DNA from: the human T2T-CHM13v2.0 reference genome, Homo sapiens
Assembly (NCBI RefSeq): GCF_009914755.1
Contig: NC_060932.1
Length of the DNA stretch: 64,000 nucleotides
Reading direction: 5' to 3' (one strand)
Positions 31,700 to 48,254 of this stretch are shown here, one piece after another. Each line of letters opens with the position of its first letter. The first letter of the stretch is position 1. The notes under the pieces were generated by a model that saw only the letters and a program-made list of their open reading frames with translations, was not told the DNA's origin and searched no databases. The translations under genes were made by a program, and so were the position numbers.

Positions 31700-32858
31700 G
31701 GTTTTCTCCTCCTGCAGAATAGATTACCACAAACTTAGCAGCTTAAAACAATACCTATTTATCATCTCACAGTTCTGCAGGTCAGAAGTCCCGACATGGC
31801 TGGCTAGATTCTCTCTTCAGGTATCAATGGGCTAAAATCAAGCTGTTAAAACAGCCCTTATGAGAATTACAAGTCAGGCTTTAGGCAGAATTATAGTTGG
31901 GCATTGACCGGGGTGTGCTGATGTACTTCTACCCAAGTTCCTGCAGCTGCTAACTAACTGAGATCCACATTGTGGGGAGCACGGACCACCTGCTCCCCAC
32001 ATTGTTCCTATAGATGGAATCTCTGGCACTGGACCTTTCTGCCCAAGAGTTGCTTAAAGTGTTTTTCAGATCTTGAATTCCAGCAGAATAGCTGACACCA
32101 ACCAGTCTGAAGACCTCCACCAATAAACCAACTCAGCAAAGAAGTGTAGGAAATGCAGTTTTTTCAACTTCCTGTCCCATGACTTCACTCCTCACTTCTC
32201 AATCAATCTGTGATCCCAATTCCTGTTCAGCCCATCACCTGTTCAGACCCTAACCCAACCTCCTTGGGGAGGCAGATTTGAGGTTTCCTCCCATCTCCTT
32301 GTTTGGCTGCCCTACAATTATCAAACCATTTATCTGCTGCAACTCTTGTTGTTTCAGTATATTGGTCTGTTACTGCACAATGGGCAATCAAACCTAGTGG
32401 TCCTATAACAGTGTCCGCTGGGCTGCCTCCTCCAGGCTTATGTGGCAGAATCCACTTGCTTGTGTTTGGAGGACTGATGTCTCAATTTCCTTGCTGCCTA
32501 TCAGCTGAAATCCATTCTCACTTCCTAGGGGCCATTGGAATTCCTTAGCTCGTGACTCTCATGGATAGTTCACAACTTAGCAGTTTGTGAACTGCTATCT
32601 TGAGACCAGCAGAAGCACTTCTCCGACCTCTTCTGTGAACAGCTAGAGGAAACTTTTTGCTTTTAAAGTGCTCATCTGATTTAGGTCAGGTCTGCCCTAT
32701 GTCATTTCCCTTCTGCCATATAATGTAGCATCATCAAAGGAATGGCTGTCCCATCATATTCACAGGCCCCTCCTCATCCTCAGGGGAGTGATTATTCAGG
32801 GCATGTACACCAGAGGGGATAGAAATCTTGGGGCTATCTTAGAATTCTGTCTATCACA
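31700..32858. mobile_element. MLT1-type LTR interrupted by an ERV1 solo LTR (31844-32410, TG...CA ends)
   Basis: MLT 'gctaaaatcaag|gtgtc' is split by a ~570-bp element that begins TGTTAAAA and ends CTATAACA. Confidence 0.75.
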
Positions 32859-33215
32859 GTGTGATTTAGGGAAGGAAGGCAACTAAAGGTCTTCTGGCAA
32901 ACCCTCCTTCTTCCCTTCTAGAGGCAATGCACAGGGAATGCAAAGAAGCTGTTAGCAATGCCCATAATTCTGTCCCATTAGCTCCACAGGCTGGAAGATG
33001 ACACACGGTCATATTCTTTTTTCTCTGCAGGCTGCTTTCTCTGCCTGGCCAGAATTGCTGCTTTCCATAGTACAAATGGTTTGCTTGGTTGAAATCATTC
33101 AAATTTAAAATGACATCAAGGTAACGCAATGCTTTTAGATAGAAATTTATCGAAACTCAATATCTCCAACTTCAATCCAATAAAACTACCTCTTTAGTGA
33201 AAGGAAATGAAGAAA

Positions 33216-33770
33216 TGTACAAAAAAATTTAACAGAGCAGGTCTGAAAAATACTATCTTTAGAAAGGCCTGCTTGTAAAATTGGCCTTGGCTGGCATTTG
33301 GAAAGTTGGATATCAGGAGGGCTACCACCACTCTAACTAATAAGAGTGATTCAATGTGCTTAGATTGTGCAAATAATGTAGTTCATGCTGAACACTTACT
33401 TTTCTTCTGGGAGTCTGGAATTTGGGTATGTGCTAGGCAGAGGGTATCTACATAACTTTACCCCAATAAAAACCCCAGGCATTGAGTCTTTAATGAATTT
33501 CCCTGGTAGACAACACTGCATGTTTGTTGTCACAAGTTGTTACTGATGGAATTGAGCACATCCTGTGTGACTCTATTGGGAGAGGCCTCTTGGAAGCTTG
33601 TGCCTCATTTCCCCTGGACTTCACCCAATACTCCTTTACCCTTTGCTGATTTTGCTTTGTATCCTTTTGCTGTGACCGATCATAGCTGTGAGTAGGACTA
33701 TATGCTGAGTTTGGTGAGTCCTTATGCAACCCATTGAATGGGGGCATGGTCTTGGTGACCCCTGACTCTA
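33216..33770 (+). mobile_element. MER21-family LTR
   Basis: 'tatctttagaaaggcctgcttg...gctaggcagagggt...ccaataaaaacccc...ttccctggtagacaac'. Confidence 0.82.
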
Positions 33771-35815
33771 GAGTTAAAGTAAATGATAATGATAATGATC
33801 ACATTCTGAGTCTAGGCTCCACTGCCCTGCAAACTTGGCTTCAATCCTCTCCATTGTGAGGAAAATCAGAATAAACTGACTAGAGGCAAGAGGCAGGCCT
33901 CATTTGGGTCCTAGAGGGCTTGACACCGACTAGATCCATGTTCCAATCCCATACTGTGGCTTGGGCAAGTTACTTAACTCTGTCTCTCTTCTTCTGTAAA
34001 ACAGCAATAACAATAGACTTACTTCATAAGATTGTTAAAATGAGGCAATTTGTAGAAGCATGTAGCATTGTGGCTGAGAGGAGCTGGATGTGACTGTGTG
34101 GAGTGTAGAGCACAGCTGATATCCTAATATTAAGCTTCTTTCTTCCCTTCACTCTGCTCCCTTCTTTCTCACCAGATCCCTTTCCCTCCATTCTCTGAGT
34201 TGTCCCCTAAGCTCCTTTACATCCAAACCCCATTTCCTCCCCCAGGTGGCCGCCTTTCTTTGAGGACTAAATGAAAACAATCTGCAGGAATGATTTTCTT
34301 TAAATGCTTACCAAAAAGGGCCCAATGTAAATGTGTGGTCATCAGTGCCAGCAGCCCTATTTACAGTCTAGAGCTTTGATTCCATCTATGATGATTTCTG
34401 AGAGTTTATAAGTAACCCCTACAGTCCTCACAGATGTAATTTTATTGCTTTTGATAATGGTAAGTGATTATCACAAATATAACAGTGCAAGTTCATTACT
34501 TTGTAAGGCCTAACACGTAAATAGATTCACAAATGGTAGAAACATCCTTTGAGAAATATTTTGCTCCAATATTTTGTTCAGAATATCTGTTCCCTAAAAC
34601 ACTGGACTTCAAAATGAAAAGTGGCTATTTTTCTGGTGGTATATGAAAACACAATTTCAGTGGAGACGGAAACTTCCACTCAAAACTTGCTTTGCTTCTT
34701 TGCAATTAATAAGTTCCTGGTGGACTATTCAGAAAGTGTTCAGCTACAATTGCTGAAAAGGATGTCGTTGGGTGAAGAGGTTAACGATAGCCTCCTAGAA
34801 GCAGATTCCTGCTAGAAGAAAAGGAGGTTTAGGAAATGCCCAGTGACCATGGTCTCTCTGGTATTGCATAAAACAACCACAATTTGGGGATGGGTTCTTG
34901 CATCCTCACCCTGGGCCCTTGTAATGAGACACCATGCTTGAACTCAATACTATTTGTATAGGGGCTGGGAATGAGGAGAAGACAGGGAATCAATAAACTC
35001 AATGTTCAAGACATCATTTGCAAATAAATTCAATATTTGAAGGGGAACATGCCAAAGAGAAAAATCAAACCATAAATAAAAGAAAAAAAGTTTGTTAATT
35101 ACAAATATCTCCAGAAGCCACAATGTCTCCTTCCTCCCTCATTCCCTAACACTCCTTCAGGTAGGACTGTACTTCAGTCATGTAGGAAAAAACATTTTTC
35201 TATTTCATATTAAAGATTAATGAGGCCTGTTTGGTAATCTGCTTTGCTGTCCATTAAAATGAAGCCTAAACCACCACATAGTTTTTGGGCTTGCTTGTGT
35301 TTTGGTAGGCATGGAAAAGAACCAATCACACCACACTTCTCATCGTAACTTTTAGGTAAAAACTAACACTCAATTGTATGCACTGATGGAGTTACAGAAA
35401 TGCTCTAACTCTAAAATCCATAAAGTTTATCAAAGATTGAATAATCAGAGCCTTCAACCTTTGCCAAGAAAATTCTCTTATCAGACCCACTGAAACATAG
35501 CAAAACTAATTAACTTGAATTTCTGGCTTTAATTTTTCCTCAACTCACTTCTGCTTAAAGTTTTAATTAAGAGGAAAGTGCCTAGATGATCAGTAGGAAG
35601 ATTCAAGAAGGAAAAGAGAAGCTCTAGAAAACAGGAAACTGAATTCATTCATTCATTAAGGAAAAATAACAAAACCATGTATTGAACTTCTAGGACATTC
35701 CAGACACTAACTAGAAATACAGCAATGAACACAAAATAGATAAACTCTCTCATGAAATTTACATTCTACCTTGGAGATGGGTAGTAAATAGATAATGTGT
35801 CAGATAGAAAATTTT

Positions 35816-36138
35816 CTTTTTTTTTTTCTTGAGACAGGGTTTCTCTCTTTTGCCCAGGCTAGAGAGCAGTGGCGACAGAGCAAGACCCTGTCTCAAAAAA
35901 AGAGATACTAGACCTCACTGCAACCTCCCAGGTTCAACTGACCCTCCCATCTCAGCCTCTCTAGTAGCTGGGACTACAGGCATGTGACACCACACCTGGT
36001 TAAATTTTTACATTTTTTTGCAGAGATGGGGTTTTACCATGTTGCCCAGGCTGGCCTTGAACTCCTGGGCTCAAGTGATCTGCCTGCCTCAGTCTCCCAA
36101 AGTGCTGAGACTACAGGCATGAGCCACTGCACACAGCC
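35816..36138 (-). mobile_element. AluJ with an internal inverted copy of an Alu 3' end
   Basis: TSD AGAAAATTTT at 35806-35815 and 36139-36148; sense-strand Alu tail at 35871-35901. Confidence 0.9.
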
Positions 36139-36182
36139 AGAAAATTTTTGAGTAGCCTTAAATATCCTTTAAAAGCTCTTTT

Positions 36183-36460
<278 letters not shown>

Positions 36461-36508
36461 TTATCTCCTTAGCCTTTACTTTCTTGGCTAATAAATTCCA
36501 ATTATTCA

Positions 36509-36706
<198 letters not shown>

Positions 36707-37275
36707 TTAGTCATCTCTTTCTTACCTCTTAAAAAACTGCCTCTGCATTTAAGAAGAAAAACAGTGAAACTTTTCACTGGCCCAGTAAGTATTTTATCCA
36801 ATTTATTCTCTGATTGCATTGTTCTTTTCTTCTTGTCTTAAAGCTATTTGGTGTTTCATCAGCTTTTGAAGATTACAAACTCACATTTAATGTTATAAAT
36901 GCAGAAAAAGGCCAAAAACACAAAAAGAGTGGCAACGAGGGACAGGAACTTTCATGAGCTGCTCAGAGCAGATACCAAGAAGGAAAATTTCTGATGACAG
37001 AAGAAAGAAAAGTCATTCTTTTTTTAAACATAATGCTGAAAAGGAATGTGACTTTCAGTGAGAGGATGTGAAATCCACACACTAGGGAAAGCTTCTGGTT
37101 TGAATTCTTCCCACATGGAGAACAGTAAGGAGAAGCCCATCTCTATGGGGCATCTCATTTCTCTGGTACAGAGCTTCCCACCTGGCTTGTGGGGCCAAAC
37201 AAGAGGGCCGTCGGCGTTAGACACTGATGGCTGTAAATTTTTTAGTGATACAAATTAAAAATCAATGTTTACAAC

Positions 37276-37718
37276 TGTTACCAAAACACCAGGGGTTTGG
37301 TCTAGGTCCTGCTGCTTTCTGCACATAAAGCAATCACTGAGAAGATGATTATTACCAAGAAAGAAGGCTTTAATCAGGTGCTGCAGCCAGGGAGATGGGA
37401 GCTCAGTCTCAAATCCATCTCCCTGATGGACAAAAACTACAGGTGTGTATAGCAGGGAAGAAATGTAACAATGTGTACCAAGCAGAAACTAGGGAGGAGC
37501 AAGAAAGCAATCATAATGAATGAGGGGTCTTGCATCTCACTGTCAGGATGTGATCTGGTGAGTTTCTTTCAGTTCTTTGATACTTTTTGATAGGCCTGAA
37601 GGTCACTTTCTGAGGAAGGAACTCAGATAAAACAAATATAAGTTTCAATCTTTAAGACCAGAAGAATCCACCTGTGTTTATCAAAAAAAATCTCTATAGG
37701 ACTACTGGGTCAGTTTCA
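37276..37718 (-). mobile_element. Solo LTR (~440 bp; possibly LTR47-like)
   Basis: TG...CA ends with a perfect 4-bp TSD CAAC at 37272-37275 and 37719-37722. Confidence 0.8.
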
Positions 37719-38271
37719 CAACCACAAAGGTTTTACCACAGTTGAAATTATATTTGAACACAATATAAGGTTCTTTCTGTAAAGGTCCTGAATTACCTAA
37801 GATGACTTAAGGTGTTGCTGTGTCTGTCAGAAAGTTTCTCTTTGGGGGCCTTGTCTCCCAGGTGTGCCAGAAAAGTAGGCTATCAATTTTTAGGTGTGTC
37901 ATGATGAGGACAGGTTGGGAAGCACAGCTCTAGCACATAATAATCACAACTATTCAATGTCTTTTGCATAGAGTAGATGCTTATTAAATATTAATGGATT
38001 GGCATAAAGGAGATTGCTGAGAGTAATTGGCTTCCAGATGAAATATAAAGGAAAAACTAAGTAAATAAAGCACAGTAGGAATTAATATTTTTCATAACTC
38101 TCTATGGCATTTTACAATGATTAAAGATAAGGTAGAATATTATTAATAGAATATAAAGCAGAAAACAAAAACTCTACTATTTCACCTACAACTTGTCTCT
38201 CCAACCCCAAAGGTGCACCAGGAATAAGAATGGAATTTGCATGATTTTCTGTCATTTTACTTCTTAGATGA

Positions 38272-38630
38272 TGATATGATTTGGATTGTGTCCCCACCCA
38301 AATCTCATGTTAAATTGGAGGAGGGGCTTGGTGGAAGGTGATTGGTTCATGGGGGCATATTTTCCCCTTGTTGTTCTCGTGATAGTGAGTGATTTCTCAC
38401 AAGATCTGATGGTTTAAAAGTGTATGTCACCTCCTTCTTTGCTCCCTCTTTCTCCTGCCACCATGTGGAGGTCCCTGCTTCCCCTTCTGCTATGATTGTA
38501 AGTTTCCTGAGGCCTCCCAGGCATGCATTCTGTTAAGCCTGTGGAACTGTGAGTTGATTAAATCTATTTTCTTCATAAATTACCCAGTCTCAGGTATTTC
38601 TTTATAGTGGTGTGAGAGTGGGATAATACA
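38272..38630. mobile_element. MST/THE1-type MaLR solo LTR
   Basis: 'tgatatgatttggattgtgtccccacccaaatctcat...aaattacccagtctcaggtatttctttatag...taataca'; 5-bp TSD GATGA/GATGG. Confidence 0.9.
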
Positions 38631-40341
38631 GATGGATAGCAGTTTCCAAGATGAAGTAAGGCTAATATGGAGGGCATCAGATCCCTAGAGATACTTCTGG
38701 ACTTGCTGGGCAATGATTTTTTAGGGCTTTTGTGTTTATTTCCAATCATGATAGTTTTATTATTTCAAATGATCCTGTAATAGCTCCTTTAGGCCTATGA
38801 ATAAAAAGGCCCTTGGCTTGCTGATAATAAATTACTGTTTTATGGACTGCTACTCTAACAGAACTTTACAGCTTTGATTTCCTCAAAATCACACAAACCA
38901 CCTCTCAGTATCAATGTCATGAAGTTCATATTTCTGGAAAGAATAAAAGAAAGTACCGGGAAAAAATTGTCAAGTCACTGTAAAACAAATCTAAATATAA
39001 CCTTTGGAATTTAAATGTAACCACATCTCTTCTCTTTTCTGATATACATTTCTCTGACCTGTGTTTTTTCTGGATTCATCATACCCTGGCCTTTCTCATC
39101 TGACCCAATACAATTCTTGGCAGAGAAAGCAAGCTCGGCTGGGTGATATGGCTGTTTTTGATGGATGGATCACTTGACAGCTTGCTGAAAAACACCTCCA
39201 TCTGGGGCCTTGTCAGCTCCTCAAGAGTGCAAGAAAAGCAATCTGTAGCTGTTTTACAGCCATGAGAATAACTTTTTTTTTTTTTTTTAAAGATGGATAA
39301 TTCAACCTGGCAATCAGTTCCTCTTCTGCAAATAAGTACAGGATACAAAGAAACTACCCTTGGGATTATTTAACCCTGAAAGTGATTGCTCAAATCCAGT
39401 TTTCTCATTTTTGTTACAAAAAGTTCATTTCATCCCAGCCTTTAGAAATTCTCAGGTGTGACTTTAGAAATGAATTTATTACTGTTTGATAACTTATCAA
39501 AGGACAGAGAATAAGGAAGGCAATGTAGAAAGACCCATGAAATGTCATACTCTTTTGTGAACCAGTAAATTACATTGATGGAATGACGGGTAACCAAAGC
39601 CCAACAAGAGCTCTTTATTCAGCATGTGAAAACCACATGACCCCCAAATGCCCTGTTTGTTTCACCAAACAAAAAGCTTACTCTCCCTAAATCTGATAGC
39701 TAGTGTTTTTTGAAGTGGTGAGTAATTTGGTGCTAGAAACAGGGAAGTTTCAGGTAGTCTACTGGAACTTAGAAAAACTAACCATGCAAAACTATCAGAG
39801 GAGGTGAGCTTAGAGGCTTTTCCTTATAACTTATCAGGTTTTTTGTTTGTTTGTTTGTTTGTTTTTAACTGTTAGGTGGTAACATCAACTTAAGACCCTT
39901 TGGCTACCCTTTGGGGTTAAGATGAGGGAATCAAAGAATTGAATATGGGTTGAGGTTAGAAAGACTACTGGGCAAACAGCTGCTCTTATGCACATATATT
40001 TCTAACTTAGCCTATATAAAGGTGTCCAAAGAAAGACAGCATAAGCATTTTTAATTTTAGTTTAAGGATGTCTTATAGAGGAAGCAGGGCATCCCAGATT
40101 AGTCTCCCAGGAATTACTAACACTTATTAATCCATGATATGCTTACATTTTGTTCCTTTGCCCTACAAGACAAATGAGGTTATGTAGCTATAAAGCCCAC
40201 GTTGAGTTTGGTTGTGAGTTTGACTAATAATCCTGCTGTACAGTAGCAACCACATGAATAAGACAATAGTAAATAAATGTAATCAGTTCAAAAACTATTA
40301 CCGAATGCCTTCTGAGCATGTATGCACCTACAGAAAATTCA

Positions 40342-40773
<432 letters not shown>

Positions 40774-41239
40774 TCAGATGTTTCCTTGTGGCTCCTGGCA
40801 TGACCTTTCGCAACTGATTCCATTATGAAATCCTAAACTTCTTTGTACGTTACAGAATTTATGAACCTACACTTGTAAAAATTAAAATATTACAGAGCAT
40901 ATGAAATGATAAAGTTCTCTTCCAACTCCAAGCCTTCCATCTTCCCTTTGTAGCCACTGTTAACAGTTTCTTGTGTATCACTCTGAACTCTTTTCTGCAT
41001 TAATACACGTACACGCAGTGTTTGTTTTACAGCATTTTGTAACACTAATTTGCTTTTATCTTTTACTTCATATGTTGGTTTTAAAATATAATAAGTTCTT
41101 GATTAACATCAATGATAAGTTCTTGGAAATTGTGACTTTACGTGAAACAGTGTCTAACAGAACCGATTTTACCATAAACTAACTGATAGAAGCAAGTTAA
41201 GTTCCTATGGGCATATTTCTGGTCATGAAAAAATCACCA

Positions 41240-41903
<664 letters not shown>

Positions 41904-42230
41904 TAAGACCCAAAGTACTTCTAATATTAAACATTGAAATAAAAGTGAACTATATATACATTTAAGAAAAATTAATAAAGACAAGTAAGATTATGTACTC
42001 AATTTTTGGTGAATCTGTGATGGATAGCGGTTGTTGCAGTGGTGGGTTAAATCAAGGAATAGATGTTTGCAAAGCTAAAATATGAACCTCTGTTCCCAAC
42101 ATGCAGTTCAAACAAACAATAACAAATATAGTGGGTTTGCTGAGGGCTTTTGTACTGCATCATTTATTGTCATGGCTTTGTATGATTTTGCCTATGAGTT
42201 TTTATTTTACAATACTTTTTATTCATTCCT

Positions 42231-42552
<322 letters not shown>

Positions 42553-42963
42553 TTGTATTCATTCCTTAATTCATTTTCCAACCCACTTATTCTAGTTCAG
42601 GGTCAAGAGTGGCTGGAGCTTGTCCCTGCAGCTCAGGACACAAAGTGGAAACTGACTCTGGATAGGACGCCATCCATTACAGGGTACACTCACACACCCA
42701 TGCTCACTCAGCCTGGGACCATGTAGACATGCTGATGAACCTAACAGGTGCAGCTTTGGGATGTGGGGGGAAACTGAGTACCTAAAGAAAACCCACACAG
42801 ACATGGGGAGAACATGCCAACTCCTCACAGACAGTGGCCCTGGTGGGAATTGATTTTTTTTTTCTTGTCAAAGTTATAGCAAAATGATGTTGAATGAAAA
42901 ACAATGTTATTCTAGGACCTGCTGTACCACCTTTTAAAGAAATGGCTGGATTTTATATGCTAA

Positions 42964-44475
42964 TGAGAGGTGACAGTGTGCTGGCAGCCCTCGCTCCCTC
43001 TCAGTGCCTCCTCGGCCTCAATGCCCACTCTGGCCATGCTTGGGGAACCCTTGAGCCCGCTGCTGCTCTGTGGGAGCCACTCTTTGGGCTGGCCGAGGCC
43101 GGAGCTGGCTCCCTCTGCTTGAGGGGATGTGTGGAGGGAGAGGCACGGGCAGGAACCAGGGCTGCGCACGGTGCTAGTGGGCCAGTGTGAGTTCCGGGTG
43201 GCCGCAGGCTCTGCGGCCCCGCACTTTGATCAGCCAGCTGGCGCTGCCAGCCCAGGGCAGTGAGAGGCTTACCACCTGGGCCAGCAGCTGCGGAGGCTGC
43301 ACTGGGTCCTCCAGCAGTGCCGGCCCACTGGTGCCATGCTTGAATTCTTGCCAGGCCTCAGCTGCCTCCCCGAGGGGCAGGGCTTGGGACCTGCAGCCCG
43401 CCATGACTGAGCCCCGCTCCCCTACTCCTGCGTGGCCCAAGCCTCCCCAACATGCGCGGCCCCCTACTCCACAGCACCTGGTCCCATCGACCACCCAAGG
43501 GCTGAGGAGTGCGGCTGCATGGTGCAGAACTGGCAGGCAGCTCCACCCGTGGCCCCGGTGTGGGATCTACTAGGCAAAGCCAGCTGGGCTCCTGAGTTGG
43601 GTGGGGACTTGGAGAACTTTTATGTCTAGCTGGAAGATGGCATATGCGCCAATCAGCACTCTGTGTCTACCTCTGGGTTTTTGGATGCACCAATCAGCAC
43701 TCTGTATCTAGCTAATCTGGTGGGGACTTGGAGGACTTTTATGTCTAGCTAGAGGATTGTAAATGCACCATTCAGCACTCTGTGTCTAGCTAAAAGATTG
43801 TAAATGCACCAATCAGCACTGTGTCTAGCTCAAGGTTTGTAAACACACCAATCAGTGCTCTGTGTCTAGCTAATCTAGTGGGGACTTGGAGAACTTTCGT
43901 GTCTAGCTCAAGGTTCATAAATGCACCAATCAGCACCGTCAAAACGGACCAATCAGCTCTCTGTAAAATGGACCAATCAGCTCTCTGTAAAATGGACCAA
44001 TCAGCAGGATGTGGGTGGGGCCAGATAAGGGAATAAAAGCAGGCTGTGAGCCAGCAGCGGCAACCCACTAGGGTTCTCTTCCACCCTGTGTAAACTTTGT
44101 TCTTTTATTGTTTGCAATAACACTTGCTGGTGCTCACTCTTTGGGTCTGCACTGCCTTTATGAGCTGTAACACTCACTGCGAAGATCTGCAGCTTCACTC
44201 CTGTGGCCAGCGAGATCATGAACCCACCGGGAGGAATGAACAACTCCAGACGTGCCACCTTAAGAGCTGTAACACTCACCGCAAAGGTCTGCAGCTTCAC
44301 TCCTGAAGCCAGCGAGACCACGAACCCACCAGAAGGAAAAACCTCTGAACATGTCCGAACATCAGAAGGAACAACTCCAGACACACCACCTTTAAGAACT
44401 GTAACACTCACCGCGAGGGTCCGTGGCTTCATTCTTGAAGTCAGTGAGACCAAGAACCCACCAATTCTGGACACA
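42964..44475 (+). mobile_element. LTR12 (HERV9/ERV9) solo LTR, ~1.5 kb
   Basis: TGAGAGGTGACAG start, GC-rich U3, tandem CCAATCAGCAC enhancer repeats, GATAAGGGAATAAAAGC promoter, U5 'ctgtaacactcac' repeats, GGACACA end; 4-bp TSD CTAA/TTAA. Confidence 0.96.
43620..44045 (+). promoter_or_regulatory. LTR12 NF-Y (CCAAT) array and core promoter
   Basis: Eight intact CCAATCAG motifs plus one CCATTCAG; GC/GT box GGGTGGGG, GATAAG and an AATAAAA TATA-like box at ~44012-44038. Confidence 0.8.
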
Positions 44476-44559
44476 TTAATATTTTATTTCAGAGTTTTAT
44501 AACTGTATTCATAAGGAAGCATTTTTTTTAAACTTTTTGTAAACCTTTAAAAAATGATG

Positions 44560-45063
<504 letters not shown>

Positions 45064-45810
45064 TAATAGTTGACAATTGAGTTTTTAGTCGTTCTTTACT
45101 AGAGAGCTATTTTGAAGAATGTTAAAAAATATATGAAGCAGTGAGATGTATTTTGGGTGGGAAGAATTATTTTTGTTACTGTTTTATTATCTTGAAGTAA
45201 GAGAAGGTGGCCCATATGATATCTACTCTGTAGACTTCGTTGCATTGGTATTTATGACCTAATATGTATTCAAGTTCTAGAAATAGTGCACAAATATTTG
45301 AAAAGAATATCTTTCGTATATAAAAAGGTCTATATATACCTATTAAGCATATTGATTATATGATTTTCATTTACTGTGTCCTTATTTTTCTGATGAATTT
45401 GACAATTTGAGCCAATTTTACTCAATATACCTACTATAATTTTGGATTTTTCAATTTACTTTTGAATATAAAAACTTTTGATTCATATATTTTGATGTGT
45501 GTAACTGTATATAAGCTCAAGACTACTACATCTTCTGGACAGAATAAAACTTTTACTCCTATAAAGCTTCCTTAGAAAAACTCTTCTTTGTTTTATTTTA
45601 TGCTCTTTATCCTAAATTCCATTTTTTCCCCATAGGATTGCCACTCCTGCTTTCTTTTTGTTTGCCTGGCATTTTTAACTGGAAATTTCACTTATTCACA
45701 TTAATTGTAATACATAATATATGTGAATTTATTCTTATAATTTTTATTTTTTGTTTGTTGTAGGTTCTTATTGCCCTTTTCTTCCTCTTTCTTGGATTAA
45801 TCAATTTTCT

Positions 45811-46191
<381 letters not shown>

Positions 46192-46367
46192 TTACAAACA
46201 TACTTTGAGACACCGTTTTCTTCATGTCTAGAATGTCTCTGTAATTTGTCCCCTTGAACAAGATAAGACCTTAAGAATCTTTTTTTCTCTATCCTTCTCC
46301 CCCCAAATGTTTTCCTCCTTCTTTTCTCCATGTTTCGTTAAAATCATCTGGAATTTTTATTGCATAT

Positions 46368-46525
46368 TGTGTCTAAGTGCGGATATGTGAATTGTTTCCC
46401 CTTGAAGTTCGTATGTTGAAGTCCTAACTCCCTCAATCCAAGAATGTGACTGCATTTGAAGATAGGGTCTTCAAAGACGGAATTGAATTAAAATGACATC
46501 ATTAGGGTGTTTTTCCTAATCCACT
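46368..46525. mobile_element. MLT1A/B-type LTR fragment
   Basis: 'tatgttgaagtcctaac...gaatgtgactgcatttgaagatagggtctt...attagggtg...cctaatcca'. Confidence 0.8.
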
Positions 46526-46593
46526 AGTGTTAAAAACACTTAAACTTCAGATATTTCATTTCTTTCATTCCTTTCTCCAAGTCACTGGATTTA

Positions 46594-46638
<45 letters not shown>

Positions 46639-46923
46639 TATTTGTTTTTTTTTTGAGACGGAATCTCGCTCTGTCGCCCAGGCTGGAGTGCAGTGGTACT
46701 ATCTCGGCTCACTACAAGCTCCGCCTCCCGCATTCTCGCATTCTCCTGCCTCAGCCTCCCGAGTAGCTGGGACTACAGGCGCCCGCTACCACGCCCGGCT
46801 AATTTTTTGTATTTTTAGTGGAGACGGGGTTTCACCGTGTTAGCCAGGATGGTCTCCATCTCCTGACCTTGTGATCAGCCCGCCTCATCCTCCTAAAGTG
46901 CTGGGATTACAGGCGTGAGCCAC
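46594..46923 (-). mobile_element. AluY with (ATT)n tail
   Basis: AluY diagnostics; flanking repeat CACTGGATTTA. Confidence 0.94.
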
Positions 46924-47315
46924 ACTGGATTTATTTTGTAGGATCCACTTCCTTCTTCACTTTGCGGGGAGAAAGAGTAAGGTTAGATTACAATCTGGGC
47001 TCCACCACTTGATGTGTGCCCTTGGCCAAAATGCTTAAACACTTAGAACCAATGAGTTCTAACCCTTAAATTGAGGGGAAGGACCAATGAACCACTGCAT
47101 ATTTTTTTTGTGAAAATTATTTCATCCAGCACATTTATGAAGGTTACATTATGTTCCAGGCACAGTGGTAGATGCCAGGGAGACAGCAGTTCCTGCTGGT
47201 GATGAGTTTATAGTCACAATCCCTGTGAGATATCGTCTGGGAAATACCTAATTTATAGTCTCTCAATACTTAGTAGCTAGTGTCATTACTTTTACAGGAA
47301 AATATTCTTCTAGTT

Positions 47316-47604
47316 CTTTTTTTAGAAATGGTCTCACTCTGTTGCCCAGGCTGGAGTACAGTGGTACCATCATGACTCACTGCAGCCTCAACCTCTCAGG
47401 CTCAAGCATCCTCCTGTCTCAGCCTCCCAGGTAGCTAGAACAACAGGTGTGAACCACTATGCCCTGCTATTTTTTTAAAAAAATTTTGTAGACAGGGTCT
47501 TGTTATGTTGCCCAGGCTGTTCTCTAACTCCTGCACTCAACTGATCCTTCCACCTCGGCCTCTTAAAGTGTTGGGTTTACAGGCATGAGCCATTGCACCC
47601 AGCC
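47316..47604 (-). mobile_element. AluJ
   Basis: Divergent Alu dimer. Confidence 0.9.
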
Positions 47605-47850
47605 TAGAACTTAAAGCACTGATAACATGCTTTTCCAAGTTTGCTCCACTGTGAACACCACAAAAAACATGACACAATTTGATTCCGAATACATTCAACC
47701 TTTTTGTTGTTGCTGCTGGCATTTTTTCTTGCCCTTTGCATGGATATTTGAACCTAATCTCTGATCAGTGCCTTAATTTGGGATTTACTGTTTTCTCTCT
47801 GCTCAGGCAGCTCTTTGGCATCTGAGAAATGCACATATTGGATGGTCTCA

Positions 47851-48254
<404 letters not shown>

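Noticed and set aside
43620-44430. CRISPR-like repeat array
   Set aside because: These are LTR12 enhancer and U5 tandem repeats in eukaryotic DNA; no unique spacers and no cas genes.
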